Of a DNA stretch of 64,000 bases, positions 52,339 through 64,000 are shown one piece after another (positions within the stretch are counted from its first letter, which is position 1; each line of letters begins with the position of its first letter). Below the pieces are notes generated by a model. The model ran no database searches. It saw only the letters and a list, made by a program, of their open reading frames with translations, and had not been told where the DNA came from. The position numbers were made by a program, and so were the translations under genes. Source of the DNA: Convolutriloba macropyga (lineage: Eukaryota); assembly GCF_964194025.1 (NCBI RefSeq), contig NC_134482.1, positions 1,736,001-1,800,000 of the forward strand. Reading direction: 5' to 3'.

Positions 52339-55300
52339 GTAACATCCCAAAAAAATCCAAATTAGTCTAGTCCCTTTCCATGTCACGACAATAAAACATG
52401 GTTTTGAGACAAAGTTGGTTGTAGAAGAAAATTACACCACCCAGGTTGATGTTCCTGGCAATAGCGCCATTTTATCAGAACATCAGAGCTAAGCTTCAAG
52501 CAATTCGAGGAAACGTGCGCCAGAAACTGGACATGGAGTCAAGAGTTTTTAGAGCAATGAACTGTTGCAATTGTACGCTTGATACAACCAATATGTTGCA
52601 TATAATTTTAACAAAGTTACTAGTTGGGCACACGGCTGTTAGTAACTCGGTCGCTTTCGTGAAGCATTGGTTCCAGAGCCATTAGCCGTGTCTTTTGATG
52701 CAGCTCAACCTTAACTTGCTATGAAAAGACTCCAACTGAAACAGTGAATAGAGTTTGCTTCGACATTAACTATGTGCTGGACCGTGTAATGTAATCATAG
52801 TCAATCATGGACCCTCCCCCCGCTAGAATTATGAAGTCTTTTCATAAGTCGAGGTCTAAATCTGAGTGGCAATGACTGATCATGTGGTTGATTCGATCAA
52901 AACTTTAAAAAAATAAAAACTTGAAATATATTGCAATCGATTCCAAATCGCAATTTTTTTAAATGAAGATACACGTTTTTTTAAACTACTGTTGAGAAAA
53001 CCTGTCCATATTTAACAGCTATATTTTATGCAAAATTTTTGCTTGACGGTTTTGACTTTCCGAGTGACTTTTACGCACTTGACTTTATGCGTTTCACGTG
53101 ATCTATAATTCTCTCAATCACAATTTCAAGCAGCTGAACTCATTTGGTGGCAATTTAATACTAAAAGTCAAATGAAAAGTGCGCCGAAACTGGTGCCATT
53201 TTTCACTTCAAATTTTAGTAGTGGTATATGTTAAGCTCTAATGTGGTTATTTGACGCCCACTATTAAACTTCTTAGTCTCATTTAAGCTCTCCCCCCCCC
53301 CCCCCCCCCCGACTGAAGCAGGCTGCAATTGATTAGAGCTCCCAATAGTCAATCGAGAGCAATTCTTCCGACGTTTAGTCGGTTATGTTTTAAACGTTTA
53401 TTTAAAATACGTTGTAAAAATCAATGCCGCACGTGAAGACTAAGTGTTTAGATCAAAAAGCTGAACGAATTAAAGAGAAGGAAAAAGAGGGGTTTTCAAT
53501 TCATGTCGCTTTCTGGGGAGAGAGAGATAGAGAGTGAGAAAAGATTGTGTAAAAAAAGTTTCGCTAAGCAAGCCATTTTTTTTCCACCAAGTTCCGCTTT
53601 TTCAAAGCAGTTTTTAGTTTTAACTTCCTTCTTTTTTCATTCAAAGGTGTTGCATTGAATTATCAAAGGCGTTGCAGTCAACAATCACTAGTTTGGAAGA
53701 CTTTTGTGACCATCTGAAATGTTTAAAAGACTTTTCGGCTATTTTTACCATTTTCTCGTGAGCTTTTTTGAACAGTTTTTGAATTCTTGTTCATTTTTAT
53801 AGCATTTGAGGAAAAAGTGTTGCTTGAATAAGTTTTTATTGGTTGTCTTGCATTTTAATTGATAGTTATTATAAAATGTTGAATAAACAAAATTGAGAAA
53901 AACAAAAGAACAAATTTCGCACTTTTTGTCAGTTTTTTTTAAAGGTTTTGCCTACTTTATCTGACTTTATGCTTTTCGCTCTAAAAGTTCTCGATCATTT
54001 CACAATCCAAAAATGTTCCTTGAGTTTTGCTAGTATCAGGTGATACTCTAAAGCTAGACATGACCTTTTCTTTGAAATAAAATACAAAAATTTCTATTTT
54101 CATGTGCCTTTGCTTTTTTAAAACTATTGTATCATTTCTATCTGCCAACTATTAGTTGAGTGACTGATCTGGCTGCAAAATCAATTTAAGTTTTAGGGGA
54201 CTCTTGCGAGCTAGAGAGGTCACTTCTCGATGAAAAAATTACAAAATTCTTTGTGTAAATTTTTCTGATCTTTGCATTTTTCTGTTGTTGTGATACATTT
54301 CTCTGCATAATACTGTGTTGGTGACTGAATAAGCGGAATTTTTTTATGGAATTTACCCTGACAATGTTTTGGAGGTTTAATATTAGCATTTTGTGGAGAA
54401 TTTTGTCTATGAATTTTGTAGAGAATTTTGTTGTTTTTAATTTTGTCCTTTGTCATCTTTCCCTTTCCTCGTTTTTTATTAACCGGTCTGATAGTTCGTT
54501 TTTCGGTTGGTAATTTGCAGTTGCAAAATAAATATCTACAAAGTCTTTTGCATAGTTTTTATAATCGCAACCTGAACGTGAAGTAAACTTTGTCAGATGC
54601 TAAATCTGGTTTAGTCGGTTACTTTTCTTATCTTAATTTTCTTGTTTCTGTTTCAAAATGTTTAATTGAGACGCATTAGAATAGAGAGGATGGCCACATT
54701 GCTACTTTTAGACGTTTCAGCATTTCATTCGCTCTCTTTGGCTATATTCTCTGCTCTTATACAGCATCGTTAGAGTCGGAAAGAAACGCTTACACATCGC
54801 ATCTAAAACTGGCACAACGCAGAAAACACAAATCTTAAATTACCGATCATTTAGTACTTCATTAGCGGTTGACAAGATTTAAAAAATTTTATCAACAGGA
54901 ACCGGCTATATGAAAAATACTATAAAACTTACCATTAAGACTATCTAATTGCTGTTAAGTTTAAAAATTTTCCAGAAAAGCTTCAAAAACGAAAAAATAG
55001 CCAAAAACTTTTTTCAGCAATCAATCTCATTTTTGAAGTTTTTACTGAGTTCGAATGTTAAAAAAGATTCCCAACTAATAATCTGGACTAATGAAAAAAA
55101 ATGTAAAAGGTCAGTGTAGTTAGTGCAGGAGGCAATATTTAGAGAAATTACACAGTCAAGCAATTACTTGAAGTTCTTGATTGCTTTCATTAGTGTTTTG
55201 ACGGATCCTCACGTCTTTTCATATCGAATTAAATTCGATTATGGTCATAAATCGATGGTCAAGCATGCAATAGCAAAACTAAAGTAGCATTGCATTGGGC

Positions 55301-55449
55301 AGTCAGTTTTCAATATAAAAAATTTGAATTGAGTTTGAATTTCTCCTGTTATTTTTATAAAGTATGCAGAAGTTGTGGACACAGCAGAATCCACTATTAA
55401 AGATGCATAAATCCAAAGTTTCATTAAGATAGTTGCCAATACTAACGTA

Positions 55450-58400
55450 TCTTAATTAAGCGCCCTGGCTTTATTTTAAGACAAGTTTTTAGCGTATCGT
55501 TTTGAATGATCAAGCTATATTGCAGTGCATTGACTAGTTTTCTAATTTTATACAGGACATGGTTTCCTGTTTAAGCTGAGGTAGTATTTTTTGTTTCATT
55601 AGAAAATTTATCAAAATTATACCGCGATAACCCAGAGAGGTCCGAGTTGAATTTCTTTTTGATGTTTTTGTTTGTATAATAAGAGTGTTTTTCGAACGAG
55701 TATTGTAGGAAGAACTTTGATTTGCGGTCAAAATCTCATGCATCATTTTGTTTGAATGTAACCCAAAGTGTGATTTAAGGCTGAATGAAAGCAGATGTTT
55801 TATGTATAGTTCAGAAACTGTTAAAAATTTGAACTCGATTAAAGTTTCAAAGATGGAGTCACTTGGTTTCTTTCCAAAGACAATTCTCAAAATTTTCTTT
55901 TGTAACTGTTCAATTTTTTGAAGCTTATTTAACGTTGTTCCACCATAAATAAGAAGTCCATACTAAAAAATTGGTTCCACGGTAGTTTTATAGAACATCA
56001 AAGTGGTGCTGCGACTGTAAGTTTTCCTCAGCCTTGCAGTTATTCCGATCCGCTTCTTTAATTTTAAACCAATGAATTCCACATGTGCTTCGACAGTTAA
56101 ATTCGCGTCTAGAATTACTCCTAGATATTCGTAGGTATTGCAGTTCTGAATCGCGCAATTTTGAATGTTTGTGTTTGCCTTAGTTTCAAAAAAATTCATT
56201 AAAAATGTTTTTGACTCGTTTAAATCCAATTTATTTTGATGAAGCCACAGTGAAACTGAATGAATTTCAGTATTTAACTCTTCAGAAGTTGGTCTTATGT
56301 TGAATAGAAGGCTGGTGTGATCGGCAAAAAAATACGGAGTGGATAGTTTTCAAGCGTCCACAAAGTCAGTAAAGTACAGTATAAACAAAACAAGACCCAG
56401 AACGGAACCTTGAGTAACTCCATTTGTTTTTGTCAGTTCTTTCGATATTCTTTTTTTCCATATAACACACTGTGTTCTTGATTTGAGATATGAAGAACGC
56501 CAGCTTAATACCTGACTACTAAATCCAAAGTTTTCTAATTTTTTCAACAGCAGCAAGTGATTTACCGTGTCGAAAGCCTTCTAAAATCTAGGAATACCGT
56601 GGTGCTATTGTTCCCTTTTTTCCAACCTTATTCTTTCCACTACACTCACGAGAGTGCATCAACTGTTGATCTCCGATTGAGGAAACCAAACTGATTTTCA
56701 CCAAGAATTTTGAATTTCTCTATATAGTCGAGAATTTTGATTTTCATAATTTTTTCAAATATTTTTCCAAAAGACGGCAAAATTGAAATTGGTCGATAGT
56801 TATTGACATCAGTTTTTGATCACGTTTTGAAATAAGGTTGGATACTTGCTCGTTTTAATTATTTGGGAAAACTCCGCTCAAAAAAATTTGTTTATATAAC
56901 TAACTAAAAATGGGGCTAAATTTCTGTCAAATCTCTTAATAAAGGCTTTAGTGATCAGATCCACACCATACGCAAAAGAGTGTTTTAGGCTTGCCATTTG
57001 TGAAAGCACTTCTACCACATTTGTTTCATGCAGCATCATAGATTGTTCTTCAGCATAATTAGATGAAGGAAAACTTATTTGTGGTGATTTGTTAACTATT
57101 TCATCTGCAACAGTTACAAAATGTTCATTGAAACAGTCAGCTATTGTACTGGGGTCATCAGTTCCAATTTTATTGAAAACAAGGTTAAAACTCACATCAC
57201 TTCTGCTGTTCCTGCCTGTCATTTTGCTTATGATTTTGTGCATTTTCCTTGAGTTCCTACCACAATTGTGAATTTTCTTTTGTATAAAAATTTTTTTGCG
57301 TCGTTCATAACTTGAGTGCTCTTGCATTTCAGCTGAAGATATCTATTTTTTATCAATGTTATTTTTTTGTTCTCAACCGTTTTGTTTTTGCATTGTTTCT
57401 CTTCGCAAAAAAAATTTTTAATCGATTTGTGACCCATTGGTTCCTATTTTTCTTTTCTTTGATATCACCAAATGCTGGTATTTGTCGACTACAATATCTA
57501 AACAATTAGAAAATGCGTTGAAAGTTTGATCCGTATTGTTGTTCTGAAATATATTTAGGTTTTTTTTCAAATTCCCTTTTGTATTTTTCAAACAGTGTTT
57601 TGTTGTTGAAAACAGACGTATTACGACGTTTAAATGCTTTTATCTGTTTTTTATCATCTATTTTGTTAGACAAAAAAATACGGGATAATGATCGGTAATG
57701 TCGTAACTGATAGAATTTACTATGCATTGATCTTTTTTGATATTTGTCGGAAAAAAATCGAGGGATGATTTTGCTGTTGACGTTTCTCTATTTATACCCG
57801 AATCCATTAGGTTTATACCATTACTAGAGATAACATCTTCAAATCGCTTTTTTATAGGAGTCAGAGGTAGTTGATCTATATTGAAGTCTCTAAGATTTTG
57901 GTTCACACCCATCATAGTCTTAAAATAGCTGTCAAATTATGTCCAGAACTGATTTTTATTGAGCCCTGGGAGAACATAGTATGCAATCAAAGTATAGTTT
58001 TCGTTATTTGTTCTAATTTTTATACCTAGGTTCTCACCATAGTTCATTGCAAAGCTTTCTAAGAGAAGAATAACCTCCCTGCAAAACATGGCTACTCCAC
58101 ACCAATTCCCACCCTGTTTTTAGCAATTATTTTCTGATAACCTGATATATTGAAGTGTTCTTCATGAGAACCCTCCTGTATCCAAGTTTCAACCAGACAA
58201 ATCACAGTTGGTAGGGACTCAAATGTTTGCAGAAAACCTGAAGTTCCTCAAGGTGTTTGTTTGAAGAACGGATATTAACAAGCAAGACTGTGAATGTTAG
58301 TTTTTGATGCATAAGTTTTATTTTGCTGAAATGAAACACCGTACATATCTTGTTTTTTGTTCATAGGTATATCTTTTCCATTGTTTGTTGCGTCCATATC

Positions 58401-59250
58401 AGGCGAAAAAGCATATGTTCTTTTGTTGCTCAAGAATGGAGTACCACTATTTTGTATAGTTTGCAAACTCTTTTGTTGTCTCCTTTGATAATCCGAGAGC
58501 TCGCTGATGTCATCAACTGGTTGATATCTTTCGCCGTCAAAAGCCCATAAGTGTGATTTCCTAATTTTATAGTGAATATCCAGTTCTCGAGCTTTTTTTC
58601 AATGATAACACATTTTTTTGCCAGTCGTTCATGAATAAAAATAGGATTCCCCATTGAATTTCTCAGATCTGCTTACAATGAAGCACGTTTCAGAATTATG
58701 TCCGTTTGTTGCAAATGTAAAAATTGAACAATAACAGGCGCAATGTTTCCCTATTTTAGTGGGTGGGCAATCGAGATTTCGTCGGGATTCAAACTAACCT
58801 GTAACTTCTTGTTTACTATCTGTAAAATTGGTGCAAGTACGTTACCATCAGCTGGGGTGTCGATGCTAGTAAAAATAAGAAACGGTCTGTTTTGATACCT
58901 TTCTACTGCTGTTAATCGTTTTTCTAACTGATAGATGTTATTTTCTGGAGTAATTTGGTTGTTCTCAAGTTTTTCGAGACTATCTGTAAAATTTTGTATG
59001 ACTAGGTTTTGCTTTGTTACAGTATTGGTAAGTTTTTCAATAATTTGCTTCAATTCGGAAATGTTTCCTGAAGTAAGGTTCTCTTGGTTGGTCAGTTTGA
59101 CAATAAAGCAACGTGAATTTCAAGGCTTTTGAATCGCAAGTTTGTATTTTGGCGGGAAAAAATCAAGAAACTTTGAACTCTTAAGATGAAAATTTTCTTG
59201 CAAGTGAGTTATTGTCACTTCATTCGGTTGAACGCAACCAGTAAACATAG
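55450..59250 (-). mobile_element. Near full-length decayed LINE (CR1/L2-type): ORF1 plus APE-RT ORF2, antisense in an intron of the NIDO-like gene
   Basis: ORF1 coiled coil plus ERYQNRPFLIF...ISIAHPL (58751-59053); APE VICLVETW, GGVAMF, DITDHYPV; RT NYRPISILPSFGKIFEKI, AFDTVNH.LLKKLE, GVTQGSVLG, FFADHT, YEYLGVILD. Confidence 0.92.
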
Positions 59251-59697
59251 CTCTTACAGTCGTCACTACAATTGCCCTGATATTAAAGATATTAAAGCGT
59301 GATATTTTGGTAATTTCGATTGTAAAAACAGAAAATTTTCGATACTCACATCAGCGGAGTTCCTTTTTCTTTTTAATTTCCTGAACATTAAAAGTTTAAA
59401 GGGCAATAGACGTTGACTACTTAATCTGCATAGAAACTCATAGCGTGGATGTAGAATCTTTGGGTTCAGCTGAAAATTTTGGGCGAGCTGAAGTCCGGCA
59501 ATTGAAAATGGGTCAAGTTAAAGTCGTGAGGACGAATTTTCATGCCACTTTCTGGTTGAGCGTCCTTAGGTTGAGGACTCATATAGGTTTGCCATCACCA
59601 CGCCATAGGCAGTTCACAAGCAATGAAGCAGGGATACTAAAAAATACAACAATTAATTTTTCAATAATTTGATAACAAAGCATTCATATGATGTTAG

Positions 59698-59830
59698 GAC
59701 AATCTGTGGGATCAAGAGTGTTTTATCAACTACGAGAACACAGGATACTACAGGGAGTCTATTTGCAACAACATCATCACGTGGTATGTCAGCTTAGACC
59801 AACAGGGCTGGATCGAGGATGACTTCAAGG
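59698..59830 (+). CDS. NIDO-like protein exon (candidate): DNLWDQECFINYENTGYYRESICNNIITWYVSLDQQGWIEDDFK
   Basis: TTAG acceptor, phase-0 start fits the previous exon, open frame to a G|GTTCGT donor. Confidence 0.55.
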
Positions 59831-60033
59831 GTTCGTCTCACAAAGTTAACAATTTCAGTATTGTGACATTAAAGATTCGAATTCAAACATTTGACGCATT
59901 AACTACTCAATAAATTTGAAGTATCAAAATTATTTGCAGTCACTTGACTTCACTATCTATTCCTTTGTTGGCAAATCTGTCTATTCTGTTAGATTTATGT
60001 GTTGCCCAACTAAATGGAATTTTATCCTACTAG

Positions 60034-60081
60034 AGTTAGCGTGTTTTCTACTAAATTCACGAAAGGCGTTTGCTAACATAG
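60034..60081 (+). CDS. NIDO-like protein micro-exon (candidate): (E)LACFLLNSRKAFANI
   Basis: CTACTAG acceptor, TAG|GTAATT donor, phase 1-1. Confidence 0.4.
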
Positions 60082-60306
60082 GTAATTGAGACATTGAATA
60101 CAAAGCGGTGATTCACTGAATAACCATCAGAAAAAAAATAAAACTTTAAATTTTTTTTACTGTTATACATAATAAGATCTCACATAATAAGACACTTTCA
60201 ACACTTTGAGACTTCAGCTGCAATGCTTATTCGTGAACTGAATACCAGTTAAGGATTTCTTTCGTTTTCCGTAGTTGATTGCTATGATTATTTTTTGTAT
60301 TTACAG

Positions 60307-60393
60307 CTGTTCCGTATGCACTAACCGTGAACTATGACCCCAGTGCACTTAATGCAACTGTTGTCCAAGCATGGCTCAATTCAACCAACCCAG
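60307..60393 (+). CDS. NIDO-like protein exon (candidate): VPYALTVNYDPSALNATVVQAWLNSTNP
   Basis: Strong TTTGTATTTACAG acceptor; two N-glycosylation sequons; predicted donor is the non-canonical CAG|GCTAGT. Confidence 0.5.
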
Positions 60394-60709
60394 GCTAGTG
60401 TTCATTTCCATATCTTCCAATTCTAACGGGACTGATTAATTTCCAAAGAGCTATGAATATATTTATCTGTGCCTATTTTTACTAGTACATTCCAGTTTGA
60501 TGTTCCTACATTAGAAAGTAACACAAAAATCTAATTCGTTGCATGCAATGCCGTCAAACTAGTTGCTGTTTGAGATTTTTGGTCAGCAAGATTGCAGCAA
60601 ACTACGATTCTCTGAATTTGAATTCCAATAATTGCTTATCAGAGCCAGCTTTATTGACACACTATGTACAATCTTACACATCTGTAATCCGGAATATGTC
60701 GTATAAAAA

Positions 60710-62433
60710 CCCGGGTTGGAGTCCCAGTGAATCCCATCGATGGATCATAGAAATTTCAAGAAAAGTCCACCGATGGGTCATCGATAGTTCATTACCACTT
60801 TTTCTCTGATCATAGAAATTCCATAGATGGGAAAGCTCTGAATTTCACTGGATCATAGAAAATCAATCGATGGAAAAGCTCTGAAATTCACTGGATCATA
60901 GAAGTTCCATCGATGGCAAGCTATGAATTTCACCGGATCATAGAAAGTCCATTGATGGAATTTCATTGGATCATAGAAAATAGGTCAAAATTAGGTCTGA
61001 AAATTGTCAAAAATAGGTCTCAAAATCTCAAAAATAGCTTTGAAAAACATTGAAATTGGTCCAAAAATCGTCGAAATTATATCTGAAAATTGTCAAAAAT
61101 AGGTCTCAAAATCGCCAAAAAAGTTTTGAAAAATATTGACATTGGTCCGAAAATCGTCAAAATAGGTCTGAAAATCGCCAAAAACAGGTCTCTATTGTTC
61201 AGGTCGTTTTAATATCGAAATGACTATATAGTCGAGCTGAAAACTTTTCTTTGGCTATTTGGGCCGCGTAAGGATTTCTTTGGATCTATTCTGTCCCCAC
61301 TCAATACTTTTATGCACCCAATTGAAATTTGTGTTGCTATATAGAACGTTGGATCACTACTTATTTGATTACTACGTATGGTCAATACTCTATTGGGGGG
61401 GGGGGGGTAGGGCTCATTACTCCTGCTCCCTCTGTTTTGAAATTCAACTACCACACTATTTCGCATAAGTCTATTCAAAATTAATTCTTTAGCGCGTGCT
61501 ATATTTCAAGTATCAAGTATTGGAACTGAACACAATCATAATTCTTCTCACATAGTTGATGTCAAATGCAGGCCCAGAAATTGATGCCATTCTCCCGGGG
61601 CCCGTTGCTGACACTGACAATTGACTTGCTTTTGACACTGACGCGCGATTCCCGTCTAGCAGCGAGAAAGCACTCTTTTTAAAAACAATCTGGTTGCATG
61701 TACTAGAGTGATACTGTCTCTTTAAATAACTATGATTCATCGAAGGGGTTCACTGGGAGCCCAACGCGGGGGATGATCATGCATTTATTTCGTTGATTTT
61801 GTTCCTCAGATTCAAATTTTTTCAACATTTGGCTGCAACATTACTTTACCCAAAATGTTTTGTTCTGTGTATCCTTAAGAAATGAGTCACCTGTCCGCAG
61901 TTCGCTACAGTCTTGCTTGAAGTTGTCACAATTACTTCTACGTAGAATTACTTCCCGGGAGTTGTAAAATTGTTCGAGCTGGATTAGAATATTTCCATTA
62001 CTTCAATAGAAGGAGCCCACTGAAAATATTGTGCTTTACAGTGTTACAGAGCTCACTTCTATTTAAAAAGAAGCTCAAGTTGATGAGTCCGGGAATTTCG
62101 GTTCTAGATATAAATTGAGTGATAATAGTCTTGTTACTACTTTACGTCAGTTAACGGCAGTCAATTCTGATATGCTGAAGATATTCAGATCTTTAATTCT
62201 GCAGCCGAAGACTCTCTTCAGCTTATATACTTGAATGGTGACCATTTTGACTCCATCTGTTGTTGAAATTTATGCCATTCAAATTTTTATTCGAAAGAAC
62301 TGTATCTTTATATTGATCAAAAAATTATGATCAACCGACGGGTTTATGAAAAAAATATAATCCATCGATGGGTTATGATAGTTTATGAAATAACTATGGT
62401 CCATCGATGGAATTCAATGGAGCCCAACCAGGG
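60710..62433. mobile_element. Non-autonomous DNA transposon with CCC...GGG ends, subterminal tandem repeats and a 2-bp AA TSD (EnSpm/CMC-like)
   Basis: Left end CCCGGGTTGGAGTCCCAGTGAATCCCATCGATGGATCATAG; right-end reverse complement CCCTGGTTGGGCTCCATTGAATTCCATCGATGGACCATAG; GGATCATAGAAA...CATCGATGG repeats at 60740-60980. Confidence 0.7.
60977..61192. repeat. Degenerate minisatellite, about 21-bp unit (AAAATAGGTCTGAAAATTGTC-like)
   Basis: Repeated AAAATAGGTCT / AAAATCGTCAAAA motifs. Confidence 0.7.
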
Positions 62434-63431
62434 AACGAATTATCCTATGTTCATAATCTTATGTATCTGATCCTAAAAAAGAACAGCGTTCAAACAACAT
62501 AGTCTTTTTCTATCTCTATGTTGGATAGTTGACACTTGTTCTGTTTCAAGTGAGCAATCAGCTAAACAAAACCAGAACCCTAAGCTGTTTCCCTAAACCG
62601 AAACCTTAGACTGTTATTGTTAAATTTATATGCGAGTAAATTCAAACACGGCAAACAATTTTTGTTCTAAAACATTTTGAAATTCCGTGTTAGTTCTGTT
62701 ATTAATGCACATCGCTTTGCGCGCATTTTACTAAATGCTTCAACATCTGTTACACCCTAGTTACTTTTGCTTAAATTTTTAGTGCTGCACTATTTCAGAG
62801 CCAATTTTTTGGAACAATAAAAATTTGTGCAGCTAGCTCTGATGGGTTTTAAACTTTAACAATAGCACATGAAATACTGAATATATGCCACTAGCCAATC
62901 AGACTGAAAAGACCGTATTCTCTTTTATCTAGTGCTTTTGTAATTATGATTGAGCACGTCATGTGTATTCTCAATACCTTGGTTCCAGTGTTAACTATAT
63001 TATACGCCGTAAACAACTCTAACCGTAAGACGAATTCACACAGAACACAATTTTTCTTCTTACAGAGACACCTAGAGCTAAAATTTGCTATCTTTACACA
63101 TCTTTAACTGCTTAAATTTGTAAATAGAAAACACTATCCTATTGCATAACTCCAGTCACATTTATTCACAAATTACACAAAATTACTCCCTGTCAAATGA
63201 GCCATCACAGCGGTCAAACATCGTCTACATCGGACACTCAATTGTCTATACTCAGACAAAAAAATAATCGTTTGAGAGAGGACACAAATTATTTGAAATT
63301 ACAAAAATTCAGAATGGAGATGAATTCAAATTACTATTAAATGCAGCTATCCAACACAAAACTCACTATTGTAGCGCAAAGCAACAGTTTTTCTCCCCCT
63401 GCCGGAAAATTCATAACAAATTCTCTTACAG

Positions 63432-63461
63432 GTTTTCTTTTTTACCTCAAAGAAATCTATG
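63432..63461 (+). CDS. NIDO-like protein micro-exon (candidate): (G)FLFYLKEIY
   Basis: TTCTCTTACAG acceptor, G|GTAAAC donor, phase 1-1; resembles the G.VYYRE motif. Confidence 0.4.
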
Positions 63462-64000
63462 GTAAACAATTAACTAAAGGCACAATCACTTTTATTCGTG
63501 ATCCCATCACGGCTAGACATATTTTCTTATTTTTGATACACTGCTTTACACATTATCAGATACATTATTTGAATTTCTACAATGAGCGTGTGACCAAATA
63601 CACACGACTGACAGACGGTTCGGTTTGGGAAATGATTAAAAATTACTAGCATCAGCACTAAACGCAAACTACGCGCAGTCAGGAGCAAATAGCGTACATA
63701 AAATAACTTTAAAACAATGGAAGGCTTTAATCAATTAAAAAACAAACATTTTTGAGCTCAGTAAATGATTTAGATTGATCAGACGTAGAGATATTAGATG
63801 TACTCACACGTCTGTCATTGTATATACACTGTTTCTGGAAAAATCTGGTCAGTCATATTTTCTTAGCTACAAAAGCTATAGCCGAAAAATACCACTACGT
63901 AATTCCACAATTGCCCGATGTATAACATTATATATATGATCCCAACTGGTTCCCGAAATTCGGTACTTTTTATTATTGAACCAGTATTTTTAATTTCGTC

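Overview
AT-rich, intron-containing eukaryotic (animal-like) genomic DNA dominated by transposons; most ORFs in the supplied track are spurious. From 5' to 3': (1) the right end of a decayed Polinton/Maverick (protein-primed PolB pseudogene, subterminal 56-bp repeats, ACTACTACT terminus at 3853). (2) A very divergent actin-like gene on the + strand, with exons at about 4643, 5151, 19848, 40498 and 42349 spread over ~38 kb. Its N-terminus looks like a secretory signal peptide, which is the most unusual observation. Its introns hold a decayed BEL/Pao element with a near-identical 1223-bp tandem duplication, MULE-type MITEs, a nested fold-back palindrome, a decayed LINE, a decayed Gypsy element and a 5.8-kb 33-bp satellite. 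(3) A 200-N gap at 44035-44234. (4) A multi-exon gene for a secreted NIDO-like glycoprotein (44988 to beyond the window end), whose introns contain MITEs, a ~1.1-kb tandem duplication, a tRNA-derived segment, a near full-length CR1/L2-type LINE and a CCC-terminated EnSpm-like element. Exon models were built by eye from splice sites, reading phase and motif similarity, and need RNA confirmation.
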